64,000 bases of DNA from the NCBI GenBank assembly GCA_000004985.1, contig GG738910.1; one strand, given 5' to 3'. Within the stretch, counting starts at the first letter, position 1. Every line of letters starts with the position of its first letter. The position numbers and the translations under genes were made by a program. The notes under the pieces were generated by a model that was given only the letters and a program-made list of their open reading frames with translations, made no database searches and was not told the DNA's origin. This DNA comes from Naegleria gruberi (lineage: Eukaryota). Positions 41,203 through 52,136 of the stretch are shown in pieces.

Positions 41203-44200
41203 TCATTGTTCTTCCAATTCAATAATGATAGGAGAGTCAGTTGGCTTGAACTTTTCAATATCTTCCAATTTGAAACAAGATTCACGAATATTCTTTTGAG
41301 CAATACATGTGGCATCAGCTTTGTACCAATTGGTAACTTTGAATTTTGTCTTAGTGTCAAAGACAATCTTTTGACCAACTCTAACTCCACTCTTTGATTT
41401 GATGAGGAAAAGTGTTCCTTGCTTTGGAATATTCCAATTCAAACCAGCAACTTGGAATTTGTTCCAACCAACAGTTGACCCAGGCACAAATTTGGATCTG
41501 TCTACCTTCTTGTCAACTTTTTGTTCAACAATGAAACATTCGCCATCAAACTTTGGAACATCACCCATTTGAATAGATTGAGGATGCTCGTTAAAAATTT
41601 GTCTAGCTGATGTTTCACCTGCAATCAAATAAAGAATGGCCCATGTTCTTGGTGAGAGATTTGATCCACTAGCTATCTTTCCAATGACTTGCCTCTTGAC
41701 ATTGAACATTTCCTTGAGGAAAACATTCTTTCCACCAATCCAATTTGGATGATCAGCAAGCTTCATTGGTTCTATGATTAATTCTTGTGTGACAGGTTCA
41801 TCCAAATCATTAATGCTTGGTAAGTTAACGGTAACATTTCCTGCAGAAGGTGGTTTACCGACCATGGTAATTAATTGCTTATCCTTTCCAAGAATAGAGT
41901 TGAGCTTGTTGATTAATTCAGGATTTGGTGTTCCTGGAATATTTGTCTTCATCATTCCACCAACAATTTCAGCCCAATCTCTAGAATTCATTCCACATTG
42001 ATCTTGAATGGAAGCATCAGCACCTAGTTCAATAAATGCCTTGGCAGCATTTAGATTTCCATAAACTACAGCCTCAATCAAAGCGCAGCCTGCTACAAGT
42101 CCACGGACATTGGTGATTTCTCTTGGATCTAAATAGCCAGCAAGATGAGAATTATTCTTCAAGACTTCAATAAACTTATTTTCAAGCAAACCATATTCTC
42201 CACGAGCAATTTTTACGAGGTATGGATACAAAGGATCAACAAGAAGATCTGGATTGATACCATGACAGTACGCTCCTGGCATATTTCCTGCTTTGTCAAG
42301 AGCAAACATGTTGGCATTTCTTGAAATGAGTACCTTAATTACATCAAAGTTTCCACGTAACATTGCAATATGCAATGGTGTCATTCCAGCAAGGTCTTCT
42401 GCATTAATATCAGCTCCCAAGTCAAGTAAAACTTTAGCAGCTGCTGCGCAATTGTAAAGAGCAGTCAAGTGAAGTGGTGTTGCATATTGAATTATTTGAT
42501 TGTCTGGTCTAGTTCTACATTTGACAGAAGCTCCAAAACGATGTAATGTAAGGATACAATCAGCACGATCCTGTTCAGCAGCACTGAACACAGCATTGAA
42601 GCCATCAATCTTTGCACAGTATTGTAAATCTTCTTCAGTAGCTTTAGAAAGGAATATTTCAAGAATTTCAGCTTGACCTGTTCTACAGGCAATGATAAGA
42701 GGATTATCACCATTCTTATTTGGTGTATTTACCTCAGCTCCGTAGCTAATTAAAATTTCTGCAATTTCAACACTTCCTCTCTGAGCACATGAAATAAGTG
42801 GAACAACACCATCATCATTTCTAGTATTAGGATCAGATCCAGATTCAAGCAGAGTTTCAACAACATCAATACGAGCATTACAACAAGCAATCCACAAAGG
42901 TGTGTTTCCCTTATCATTTCTCCATTCCTTATCGGCTCCATTCTCCAACAATACCTTAACATAATCCAATTTACCAGTACCAGAAGCAACAAAAAGAAGG
43001 GATTCATATGCTCCTTCATATCCTACAATACTATTTACATCTATTGTTTTAGCAAGGGCCTTGAAGATTGGTAAACTTCCATAGTCCATAGCTAGATACA
43101 AGTGGTATTCGAATGGCTTGAAACCAGACTTGATACATTTTTCAAAAAGTTCGAGATTATTCTTCTTGATAGCCAAATCTAACATTTCTTCTGAGGCAGC
43201 ACATGTTTCACGATCCTCAATCCACTTGTAACATGTTCCATCGACAAAGTTACGTACTTCATTACTGATGTGGCAAATCTTTCTCTCTAATAAAATAGAG
43301 GCAGTTCTAAAGAAGTGTCTATCAAAAATGTAATTCATCAAATAGTCATTATGAGAGGCAATTTTAGCACCATTGTCAAGAAGGAATGTAACTGTACGAT
43401 CGAATCCAAAAAGAATGGCAAGATCGAGAGCTGACAAGCCGCTACTATTAATAATTGTCAAGGAGGCACCCAATTTAACCAATAACTTTACAGCAACCAA
43501 GTTACCTTTCATGCATGCAAGGTGTAGAGCAGTATTTCCATCTCTATCTGTGGAATCCAACAGATTCAAACACTTTTGATTAATGTGATCTTCCAATTCA
43601 CTGTTCTTCAATTGAACAACTGCTGTGTGGAGATCTGTAAATTCTTTCTTTCCATGAGTGTAATGAACCTTTGTCATGTTGTATTTGCTTGTTCCACCAC
43701 TACCTCCAGAGGTAAGACTCTTAAATTTAGGTGGTTGAATGTTTCTAGTACGAGTTTTCTTTGATTTGTTTTCGGTTTGTTCGGCCTCTTTCTTTGGAGC
43801 AAACATACTGGAGAATTTCAAATCATTGAGTACATTCTTATTTACACCTTCTCCATTCTTAAGCTTGGTAATCTCAGCTGAAATGACCATAATCTTGTCA
43901 TTCAAATAGGATTCAACTCCATTGAATGCTTTACAACTTCTCAATAATAATTCGCAATGGAATACAAATAATTCTTCACCATATTGCTTTCGATCAATAT
44001 TTGATAATTGCAATGTTTGAGAGGCCAATTGATCAACATGGTGAGAGGCCAATCTTTGGAGAGATTTGAGTCTAAGTCTTTGAGGGCAACGAGTTTGCTT
44101 GACTTCCAAAACCAATGGTTCCTTTCCTGTCATTCTCAATTCTGTCCTCAAACTCTTTTCAGATTCAGGCTCACATGATACATATCTTGTAATCAAACCC

Positions 44201-45285
44201 TTTCCTGAACTATTCACCGGCACATTGATACGGTAAATGTTTGAATCAACTGAAGGATTTGATCCACTAGCTGACAACATTTTCATACCTTCAGGCAGAA
44301 CAATATCTGCAGAAACAGTACTGGAAGAACTAACAGAATCAAAAATAGAGGTCAACTTTCCACAAATTACATCATTATTGTCATCATAGTTGGCATATCT
44401 ATAAGCTCCCTCAATAGTACCAACTTTTCTAATGTTATCTAATAATTCTAAATTGTGGTGAGACCCAAATCCAACTGTGTGAATAGTAATATCACCTCTG
44501 TAAACTCTATTAATTTCTTCTGATAAGTATTGTAAACCTCCTGGTTTTCCTACCTTTGAGAAATCTTCTCCATCAGTCAAGAAGGTAATAACAACATTTC
44601 CAAATGGCAAATTTTCTCTATCTTGACCACTTTCTCTGGTAATAATAGTGCAGGCCAGTTGGAAAGCAGATGCAAAATCAGTACCACCACCAGTAAATGC
44701 AGTTTCAATGTTTCTAATAATACTTTGCAGGGTTCCTTTCATATCAATTTCCTTAGCAGAACTTTCATAAGCAACCATTCTGCAAATGATTGCAGGATTA
44801 TTGAAGGATTGCTGAGCGAAATGTTTCAAAGAAGTGCAAACTTGTTCCCATGGTCTTCCCTGCATAGATCCACTTACATCAGCTAGGGCAATAAATAATG
44901 TGGGTTTAGGATTCAAGGAGGGATCATTGACATGTATTGTCAGCTCAGCAACACCAATATCATGATCATCTAAATCAATTAAATGTTCAACTTCAATTCT
45001 GAAAAGGCTCTTTTCTTCAACTTGTTCAACTTTTTGATTAGAATTGTTTGGGTTTAAAACTTGATCTATCAAGGAGGCTAAATTAACATTCTTCGGAGCA
45101 GATTCAACATCAAATTCATCCAAATTTCCTCTACAACATGGACATGTACGGTATTCGATAGTAGAAAAATAATTAGCAAGTGATTGTCTGGAAAATGCTC
45201 TTCCACAACATGGGACTACAATAGGATCTTCGAGTAATTCTCTTGAAATTGGGCAGAGTAAATCGTCGTGTTCTTCAGTTAGCAT
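41203..45285 (-). CDS. Large multidomain protein (1360 aa): N-terminal U-box/RING-like (LLCPISRELLEDPIVVPCCGRAFSRQSL...RTCPCCRGNL), a vWA domain with MIDAS (LFIALADVSGSMQG...ITFLTDGED), >=10 ankyrin repeats, C-terminal beta-rich domain.
   Basis: Single uninterrupted ORF. Motifs read directly, e.g. ANK: DGNTALHLACMKGNLVAVKLLVKLGASL, GNTPLWIACCNARIDVVETLLESGSDPN, GMTPLHIAMLRGNFDVIKVLISRNANM. Confidence 0.7.
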   Translation of the reverse strand: MLTEEHDDLLCPISRELLEDPIVVPCCGRAFSRQSLANYFSTIEYRTCPCCRGNLDEFDVESAPKNVNLASLIDQVLNPNNSNQKVEQVEEKSLFRIEVEHLIDLDDHDIGVAELTIHVNDPSLNPKPTLFIALADVSGSMQGRPWEQVCTSLKHFAQQSFNNPAIICRMVAYESSAKEIDMKGTLQSIIRNIETAFTGGGTDFASAFQLACTIITRESGQDRENLPFGNVVITFLTDGEDFSKVGKPGGLQYLSEEINRVYRGDITIHTVGFGSHHNLELLDNIRKVGTIEGAYRYANYDDNNDVICGKLTSIFDSVSSSSTVSADIVLPEGMKMLSASGSNPSVDSNIYRINVPVNSSGKGLITRYVSCEPESEKSLRTELRMTGKEPLVLEVKQTRCPQRLRLKSLQRLASHHVDQLASQTLQLSNIDRKQYGEELFVFHCELLLRSCKAFNGVESYLNDKIMVISAEITKLKNGEGVNKNVLNDLKFSSMFAPKKEAEQTENKSKKTRTRNIQPPKFKSLTSGGSGGTSKYNMTKVHYTHGKKEFTDLHTAVVQLKNSELEDHINQKCLNLLDSTDRDGNTALHLACMKGNLVAVKLLVKLGASLTIINSSGLSALDLAILFGFDRTVTFLLDNGAKIASHNDYLMNYIFDRHFFRTASILLERKICHISNEVRNFVDGTCYKWIEDRETCAASEEMLDLAIKKNNLELFEKCIKSGFKPFEYHLYLAMDYGSLPIFKALAKTIDVNSIVGYEGAYESLLFVASGTGKLDYVKVLLENGADKEWRNDKGNTPLWIACCNARIDVVETLLESGSDPNTRNDDGVVPLISCAQRGSVEIAEILISYGAEVNTPNKNGDNPLIIACRTGQAEILEIFLSKATEEDLQYCAKIDGFNAVFSAAEQDRADCILTLHRFGASVKCRTRPDNQIIQYATPLHLTALYNCAAAAKVLLDLGADINAEDLAGMTPLHIAMLRGNFDVIKVLISRNANMFALDKAGNMPGAYCHGINPDLLVDPLYPYLVKIARGEYGLLENKFIEVLKNNSHLAGYLDPREITNVRGLVAGCALIEAVVYGNLNAAKAFIELGADASIQDQCGMNSRDWAEIVGGMMKTNIPGTPNPELINKLNSILGKDKQLITMVGKPPSAGNVTVNLPSINDLDEPVTQELIIEPMKLADHPNWIGGKNVFLKEMFNVKRQVIGKIASGSNLSPRTWAILYLIAGETSARQIFNEHPQSIQMGDVPKFDGECFIVEQKVDKKVDRSKFVPGSTVGWNKFQVAGLNWNIPKQGTLFLIKSKSGVRVGQKIVFDTKTKFKVTNWYKADATCIAQKNIRESCFKLEDIEKFKPTDSPIIIELEEQ

Positions 45286-45429
45286 TTTTATTTTAATAAT
45301 TTAATCAATGTGAACTTTGGTGTAAAGTATTTAAAGATCGAGATTGAAGGTGGAATGCAAAAATGAAAATGAAAATACGGAACCTTCGGAAAGGTAGGTT
45401 GAATGTACAGAGTTCTAACTAAGGTTTTG

Positions 45430-48400
45430 TTAAATGTTGGAAATTATTGCCTCACTCTTCTGATTTTCCTCATTTACATCCTCAAGAGATTCGAATTCTA
45501 TTATTGGATTTTCGTGGTGAATAGGTTGAATGAGATAGGTCTGACATTCTCCTTTTCCTTTCACCTGAACAATTCTCTCTTCGTAGGTGTACATATCATG
45601 TACTCTTTCATAGGTTGCTCTAGAAATTTGAATTCTTCCTGCTATTGAGGTTGATTCCATTCTTGAGGCAGTATTCACTGTATCACCCCACAAATCAAAT
45701 GCAAACTTTCTCTTTCCAATAACACCAGATGTAGCTGGTCCAGTATTGATACCAACACGGATATTAATTTGATGAGGAGGTATTAATTGTTGTTGATTAT
45801 TTTCAAATCTCTCTCTAATAAACTTCTCTATTGTTTTGGTATTGTAATTTTTGATAACTCCAAATGATTCACAAGCAAATTTACACATTCTTTCAGCATG
45901 ATCTGAATCTGGAAGTTCGTTGAGACCGGAAACTGCAAAATAAGCATCTCCAATAGTCTTGATTTTTTCAATATTATATTTCAATGTCAAATCATCAAAA
46001 CCATTAACAATTTCATTTAACAATCCTACCAATTCGTGGGAGGCCATGTTGGAAGACATTTGTGTGAATCCAACCATATCTGAGAAGAAACATGTAATGC
46101 AATTCAATTTCTCTGAAATAAAACTCTCTCCGGTAGAATTTTTCAACTTGTTAGCAACTGAGAAAGGTAGAATGTTTAGTAACAATTCTTCAGAGTGTTT
46201 CTTCTCATCCTGTAATAGGGCATTCTTTTTCTTCTCAGAGGTTTGATCAGCAATGAAACAAACAACCAACTCCTTTCCCTTATGCAGCACAACAAATATG
46301 CTAATCTTGCTTGGAAATTTCGTCTTGTTCTTTCTAATACATTCTCCTTCAAAAGTCTCTCCTGTGGAAACATCCTCGTTAGATTGATTGCTTCGTATAG
46401 ATTGCACTATTGCCTCTACGGATTTTTTTACCTTATCCTTAATAGCGTCCTCAAACAAATCGAATATTGATGTTCCTATGATTTCAGTCTTGTTGTATCC
46501 AAACATGGTTTGGGCAACTGGATTAAAGGCATCAATATCACCTTTTGAATTCCAACACATAGCTACTCCATCTATTGAGGCATTCAAAACAGATTGAATG
46601 ATAGAGGTATTGTTATCATTGAGAGCATATACCTTGTTAGATTTTGAGAAAGTCCTTTTTAAAGTAGCTGTGGCACCTGTGGATCTTGCCTTTGGATCTA
46701 CTTGATGGAATAAAATATAGTTTCTCAAGTCCTCAGAGCTTTCTATGGCATCTGTATTCAAATAGTTTAGAATCATTCTCAAAGAGTTAACTCCATCAGA
46801 ATAACTACTGAATTGCTTGTAAATAAAGAAGAATAATATTGTTATGAATGGAACAGTCACAATTCCAAAACCTGTGTCAAGTGAGAATAAGGGAACTGCC
46901 GCATAAATAGCAAATATACCTGAGAATTCTATCAATGTAGAGGACACATGTGTCATGTACAGTAAAACTTGGGCATACAGCTCGTGAACATCACTGGATT
47001 TTGATGAAACTTTTTGAGATAGCAAAACTGTCAAATCCAACATTGTAGCTACAACGGTGTCCATGCTTATTGTGCAATTGCTACCATATTTTTTCACTTC
47101 TTGAAAAGTACAGTTATCGTCTCCTCTAATTATCATATCGATTTCAGGGTACATGCCTATCACTAAAGTTTCGTCCTTCTTTGTTGAAGATCCATACATA
47201 CATAAATTCCAAAAATATCTTACTTTGGCCACCAATGGCTCTATTTCCGAATACAGGGCATAAACTTCTGAACTGGTTCTCAGTGGAGGGTTGATTATTG
47301 GCAAAGAGCTTGGAAGAGAGGTATGCATATACAGCTCTGTTACTGCAAAAATTAAATGTTGAAGATAATAGGCAGCGTCATTTGAATCTTTCATAGTAAC
47401 ATAGGATTGACGAGCATACACGCCGTTTCCAGTCATTTCCTCTACAAAAAGACCACAACTTAACGAAGTGAACACCAAAATACCAACAGCCGTGAATATT
47501 ACCAACATTCTTGGATTGAATACCTTACTGTATTCTATTTTAAGAGAAACATCTCTTCTACCATTTCTTGCATTCAACGAGTGATAAATTTTTCCAATAA
47601 TGTTTTTAGAAATAGACTTCTCATAAAGTTTGAAAATACTATCCGTAAATTTCAAATCCTTATAGACATAGTAAATAAATAATATTCCTAGTAGTAGATA
47701 AATGAATAAGAGACTAAAATACACTCCAATTATAATATACTGATACATAGCTCCATTATCGATTGATCTGTCCATATACTGGTTACAAAATGAATTAAAG
47801 GCCTGAATTACAGTGTCATTATTGTAGTATACCCACATAAATGCATAATCATCATATGTACTATTATGACCAGAATCTATAGAGCTGATCAGATCTGTGA
47901 CAGAGGATATGGCCATATTGGTAAAGTCAGCAATGGTGGCATTAATTTGAATGAAAGAAGTGAAAGATTGGTTATTACTACCGTACACAGTTTGAGGCTT
48001 GTAGAGAGGATAATACACTTCATGGAAATCAGAATATAAAGCAAGTGAAAACTTTCCATGACTGGCCATGTTTTTGATAGTTTGATAAGTATTAATGATG
48101 TCGTTAAGAGCGGCTCTATGACTCTGTTTATATTCGAGCACTGTTTCATATCCATAATCTTTCATCATCTGTGACCAATCAGATTCATTCTTATAGAGAT
48201 AGGAAAAGGCTTGGAAAGTTCTGACCTCAGATATTGTGTGAGTATTTGTAGAAATGGTGGAACATGAAGTAAATACAAGCATAACCTCAGAAGTTACCAT
48301 ATAGGAAAAGTAAATTGACATCGAAAGACAAACAGCAAAAAATAATAATGAAAATAAAACAAAAGCTACAAAAAGTGAACATCTGAAACTTGTAGAATGA

Positions 48401-50661
48401 GGAATAGCCAAATTGTTTCTGAACACGTCATTTCTGTTCTCAATCCCATCAAATGATTCCCCAACTACATTCATACTAGGATCTGATGCGTTATCATCTT
48501 CTGTTGCAGACATATTGAAGGCCTTGTTCTTTCTGTACATTGAATCTGAGCCACTAAATCTATATTTGGCCTTATTAGATACTGATCGCCTAACCTTTGC
48601 CTTCATTGCATTCTTTTCCTCTGCCTCTAACTTGATTGCCTCTGTGAATAATTCAGTTGCTTCTTCCTTGTTAAACATGAACGACTCTAAAAATTTTCCA
48701 TACGAAATAACTAAGTCCTTATCAGAAGGATATGCAGACAACAGATTATTGTAGGTAGTGTCAGAACTTTCAATAATTGAACCAATTTTAAGAACTGTAG
48801 CCTCTAGAATATTATAATTTACAATCTCATTCATTAATTCTTTCCATACATCTCTGTGCAGAGATCTCAAGATATCTTGTTGTAATTCCAGGTCTTCCAA
48901 ACTATTTTGAAGTTCATACCTTGTGGTTCCAGTTTCATTCTTGGCAATTTCTTTCAATTTTACATTAATTTGATATTTGTAGTAAAGGCCAGGTTTTCTT
49001 CTCTTAATTTTAGATAGTACTGATTTGGAAAAAGTTTGTGCGTTGGAATCGGCAATATTGACATTGGATATAATGGATGCAAAGAGAATGAGTAAACTGT
49101 AATCTGTGAATGAACTTTGAGTAGTAATTCCCTTGATAAATGCAATAGTTGCATCAACATCATAAACACTAACATTTCCACCAATTGATCTTATATAGGA
49201 GTTACTAAGAAAGGAAAATTTGAGAAAAAGGGCAAGAGATTTCTGGTATCCACTCTCCATAATACCTTGATAAAAGTAAAATGATCCAGACTCTAGTACC
49301 TTTAAGAAACTAAGGTCAGCTGCATTCTCATTACCATCTGTGGCTTCTTGGTTTGTAGTATTTTCGTCAGTGCTAGTACTGGCAAACTCTGAAATATTGT
49401 TCCTAATTAATTTCAAGTGACGTCTTACAACAAACTCAACAAACACACAATACGTAATACCAAATAAAACAGCTAGAACCAGAACAAAACAAGCAAGCCC
49501 TATCCCCAATCCATTATAGTCAAACGACGACTTTGGAACTGTGGTAAATAATATGTTTGAAACAAGTGCTGCCAAGGCTGCTCCAACTCTAGCTCCTAAA
49601 CCTATTCCGAACAATGAGTTATCAATTTTTTTGTAAAAAGGCATAGTTTTAAAATGAAGTATTGCCAATCCAATACTACATATCAAGTGTATAGCACTTC
49701 TTACGTATGAGTATTGAAAAGGTACCAACATTTGAACGCATAATTGTATCAAGGTTGTGGACTGCAAGCAGGCAATAATAATTGGACTCTCTGAAATGAA
49801 TGGGGTTGAATTGAGCATGTGACAATTTGTAGTAATAAAGAGGCAAACTCCATTCAAAATGATCAATAATATGGATGCCAATGAGAACACTATCGTAAAC
49901 AATATTTGTGTTTGCGACATTGACGAATAGCATGAAATTTTCTCATTTGGAAAACTAGTGAGTACACCTTGATCCAAATCACAATTGAAAATAGTATTCA
50001 TCATTACAAATAAGAATACGCTTGAACCAAGCAAAAATACTCTACATGAAATGGAAAAAACCTGTCTCAAATATGGCAGAAATTTCGAAGTAATCTTAAA
50101 GGCATACATTGATGCTCCTACAACACAACATAATATAAATACAAAACCAACTCCTACAAAGGAAATAACAACCGAGCCAATATAAGGAAGTCTATCCAAT
50201 GACAAACTTAATGGCCAGTTTAAAACGTTAGCCAACCATACTCCCCATTCTCCATATGTTGAGCTGGTCAAGCTTTCTCCTAAAACAGGCAAAAATATTC
50301 CAATATACAAAAAGTAAATATTCAAAACTAGGAAGAATATGTAATTCTTGTATCCTTTCTTCAATCCACCATCTTGAAAATAGAACAAATAGGAAAAAAA
50401 AGAGGAAAGTATTTTCTTTGCGTTGTACTGATTTGTTTGTAAACTAGTAGAGGTTGAAGCAACTGTACTAGTTTCGTTTGGATTACTCGTCTCGGCTGCT
50501 GGCGAAATTACACTACCAATAGCTATGGATGACATGGAAGAGTTCATATTAATGTTTTTAGTGGAGGGAGTCCTGTCAAATGCTGCTTTTGACACACCTC
50601 TTTCTAAAGGATGATGGCGATCCATTGTTTTTTTAGCCTTTGTTCTTTTGCCAACCATCAT
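45430..50661 (-). CDS. Multi-pass membrane class III adenylate cyclase (1743 aa): ~10 TM N-terminal block, additional TM segments with two large loops, a PAS domain, and a single C-terminal cyclase catalytic domain.
   Basis: Catalytic motifs: FFSDMVGFT (metal Asp), KIKTIGDAYFAVSGL (second metal Asp, substrate Lys), FAFDLWGDTVNTASRMES (substrate Asp, transition-state N/R). PAS: IDGVAMCWNSKGDIDAFNPVAQTMFGYNKTEIIGTSIFDLF. Single uninterrupted ORF from ATG. Confidence 0.75.
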   Translation of the reverse strand: MMVGKRTKAKKTMDRHHPLERGVSKAAFDRTPSTKNINMNSSMSSIAIGSVISPAAETSNPNETSTVASTSTSLQTNQYNAKKILSSFFSYLFYFQDGGLKKGYKNYIFFLVLNIYFLYIGIFLPVLGESLTSSTYGEWGVWLANVLNWPLSLSLDRLPYIGSVVISFVGVGFVFILCCVVGASMYAFKITSKFLPYLRQVFSISCRVFLLGSSVFLFVMMNTIFNCDLDQGVLTSFPNEKISCYSSMSQTQILFTIVFSLASILLIILNGVCLFITTNCHMLNSTPFISESPIIIACLQSTTLIQLCVQMLVPFQYSYVRSAIHLICSIGLAILHFKTMPFYKKIDNSLFGIGLGARVGAALAALVSNILFTTVPKSSFDYNGLGIGLACFVLVLAVLFGITYCVFVEFVVRRHLKLIRNNISEFASTSTDENTTNQEATDGNENAADLSFLKVLESGSFYFYQGIMESGYQKSLALFLKFSFLSNSYIRSIGGNVSVYDVDATIAFIKGITTQSSFTDYSLLILFASIISNVNIADSNAQTFSKSVLSKIKRRKPGLYYKYQINVKLKEIAKNETGTTRYELQNSLEDLELQQDILRSLHRDVWKELMNEIVNYNILEATVLKIGSIIESSDTTYNNLLSAYPSDKDLVISYGKFLESFMFNKEEATELFTEAIKLEAEEKNAMKAKVRRSVSNKAKYRFSGSDSMYRKNKAFNMSATEDDNASDPSMNVVGESFDGIENRNDVFRNNLAIPHSTSFRCSLFVAFVLFSLLFFAVCLSMSIYFSYMVTSEVMLVFTSCSTISTNTHTISEVRTFQAFSYLYKNESDWSQMMKDYGYETVLEYKQSHRAALNDIINTYQTIKNMASHGKFSLALYSDFHEVYYPLYKPQTVYGSNNQSFTSFIQINATIADFTNMAISSVTDLISSIDSGHNSTYDDYAFMWVYYNNDTVIQAFNSFCNQYMDRSIDNGAMYQYIIIGVYFSLLFIYLLLGILFIYYVYKDLKFTDSIFKLYEKSISKNIIGKIYHSLNARNGRRDVSLKIEYSKVFNPRMLVIFTAVGILVFTSLSCGLFVEEMTGNGVYARQSYVTMKDSNDAAYYLQHLIFAVTELYMHTSLPSSLPIINPPLRTSSEVYALYSEIEPLVAKVRYFWNLCMYGSSTKKDETLVIGMYPEIDMIIRGDDNCTFQEVKKYGSNCTISMDTVVATMLDLTVLLSQKVSSKSSDVHELYAQVLLYMTHVSSTLIEFSGIFAIYAAVPLFSLDTGFGIVTVPFITILFFFIYKQFSSYSDGVNSLRMILNYLNTDAIESSEDLRNYILFHQVDPKARSTGATATLKRTFSKSNKVYALNDNNTSIIQSVLNASIDGVAMCWNSKGDIDAFNPVAQTMFGYNKTEIIGTSIFDLFEDAIKDKVKKSVEAIVQSIRSNQSNEDVSTGETFEGECIRKNKTKFPSKISIFVVLHKGKELVVCFIADQTSEKKKNALLQDEKKHSEELLLNILPFSVANKLKNSTGESFISEKLNCITCFFSDMVGFTQMSSNMASHELVGLLNEIVNGFDDLTLKYNIEKIKTIGDAYFAVSGLNELPDSDHAERMCKFACESFGVIKNYNTKTIEKFIRERFENNQQQLIPPHQINIRVGINTGPATSGVIGKRKFAFDLWGDTVNTASRMESTSIAGRIQISRATYERVHDMYTYEERIVQVKGKGECQTYLIQPIHHENPIIEFESLEDVNEENQKSEAIISNI

Positions 50662-51611
50662 TTCCTTTTACTAAACTACAACATTGTTTATCATCACATC
50701 ACAGCCCATTAAATATTATTACTGCAAGAGATAAACAGCTAACACTTGAGATAATTCCATCAACGGTTAATTTCATTTTACCAAATTCCATAAAATTATG
50801 ATGATAAATTAACTACATCTGCTTTAACAGTATTAATTTCATTTTTTTAAGGTAGTCACCAAAATTTTATTCACAATCACTGCCACACAACACACGAGCT
50901 GATTATATACAAGGACAACTTTTGCAGTACATGAGCATGATTTCTTATTCTTTCTTTTTCGGAAATTAATTACTGTTGAATGTGTATGTAGATCAATATT
51001 CTCTTTTGCATGCTACAGAAACAGTCTAGGGACTTCATTGCAATTTCATTTAAAATTTGTAGAAAAATCCGAAAATAAAATTAATTGGTTTTGAATACGG
51101 AAACACAATAAGTAAAGTTGGAGCTGCAGTTTGCAGCCTATCAAGCTGCTCGTGGTTCTGTATTTAGTGTCCGCCAACTTCAAATATAAAAAAATGGTTT
51201 GTTGTGGCGCACAATGCTTGGTTGTTTTTGCAAACTACGGAATGACATAGTATTTTAATTAATTTCAAGAGGAGAACATGATAAATTAATTTTTCCAGAC
51301 ATCTTGCAATTCTATCGAATTCTGAACATTTTGATAGTTTTTGTTTGTTTTTATGTGAAGGTCTGTTATTGTGATGGTGGTGAAACTGTTAGCATAAACT
51401 ACAGACACTTTGGGTACATCATATCCCTTCTGCTTGATCGCACTCAATCAAACCATTGAAAAAAGTACGGTCTCGGTCCACGATGCGTACCAAAAATGTT
51501 CTCCGATTACCGATTTGCACTTTGTAGTGAGAGATAAAAATGACCATTAAATTCTCAGTTTAAAAAAAACATTCAAAGATTCAATAAATAATAATATTCA
51601 ATTTATTAATA

Positions 51612-52025
51612 ATGGAGCTTTCAATACCATCAGCAATAGGAGTACCAATAGAGTGTATTTCTTCACCACATACAATTGCTTCATCAATACGGCCTTTTAC
51701 TGCAGTGTCATCTTCTCAATTAAAAAGTACTACAACAACAATAGATAAGAAGAGAAGACTCAGCAATCCCCCAAAGCCAGTAGTAAACTTTAATGGCTTT
51801 AAACATTTTGTGAGACATGTTAGAAATAACTCTCGTATTTTGGATGAAGAAGTTGTGCCAGAAGAACCAACAGAAGCAGTCCCAGTTACAACAGTCAAGA
51901 AAGTTGTTACTGTGCGCTCCAATAGCAAGATCTTTTCTTTCACGCATTCAATACTGGTGCTGTATGGAGTTTTATTAGCATTGGCTCTGTTTACCATCAT
52001 CAGTGCTTTAATTATTTTAGATTAA
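51612..52025 (+). CDS. Small hypothetical protein (137 aa) with a C-terminal TM segment (tail-anchored type)
   Basis: ATG ORF. Hydrophobic C-terminus ILVLYGVLLALALFTIISALIIL. No homolog recognised. Confidence 0.25.
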   Translation: MELSIPSAIGVPIECISSPHTIASSIRPFTAVSSSQLKSTTTTIDKKRRLSNPPKPVVNFNGFKHFVRHVRNNSRILDEEVVPEEPTEAVPVTTVKKVVTVRSNSKIFSFTHSILVLYGVLLALALFTIISALIILD

Positions 52026-52136
52026 CAAACCATACACCCGAGAATCTCTCTAATGTACATAATACTAACAGAAATCTAATTTACAATGTAAATAATGTAA
52101 ATAAACTGCATCCTAATAGGGACATCACTAAAAAAA

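Noticed and set aside
41190-41397. Small ORFs 41190..41390 (-) and 41206..41397 (+) overlapping the 3' end of the U-box/vWA/ANK gene
   Set aside because: They lie entirely inside or overlap a 1360-aa ORF with strong domain evidence. No independent support.
51100-51160. Hairpin gagctgcagtttgcagc upstream of the cyclase gene, considered as a terminator or regulatory stem-loop
   Set aside because: Short (6-bp stem) and isolated. Rho-independent-terminator logic does not apply in a eukaryote.
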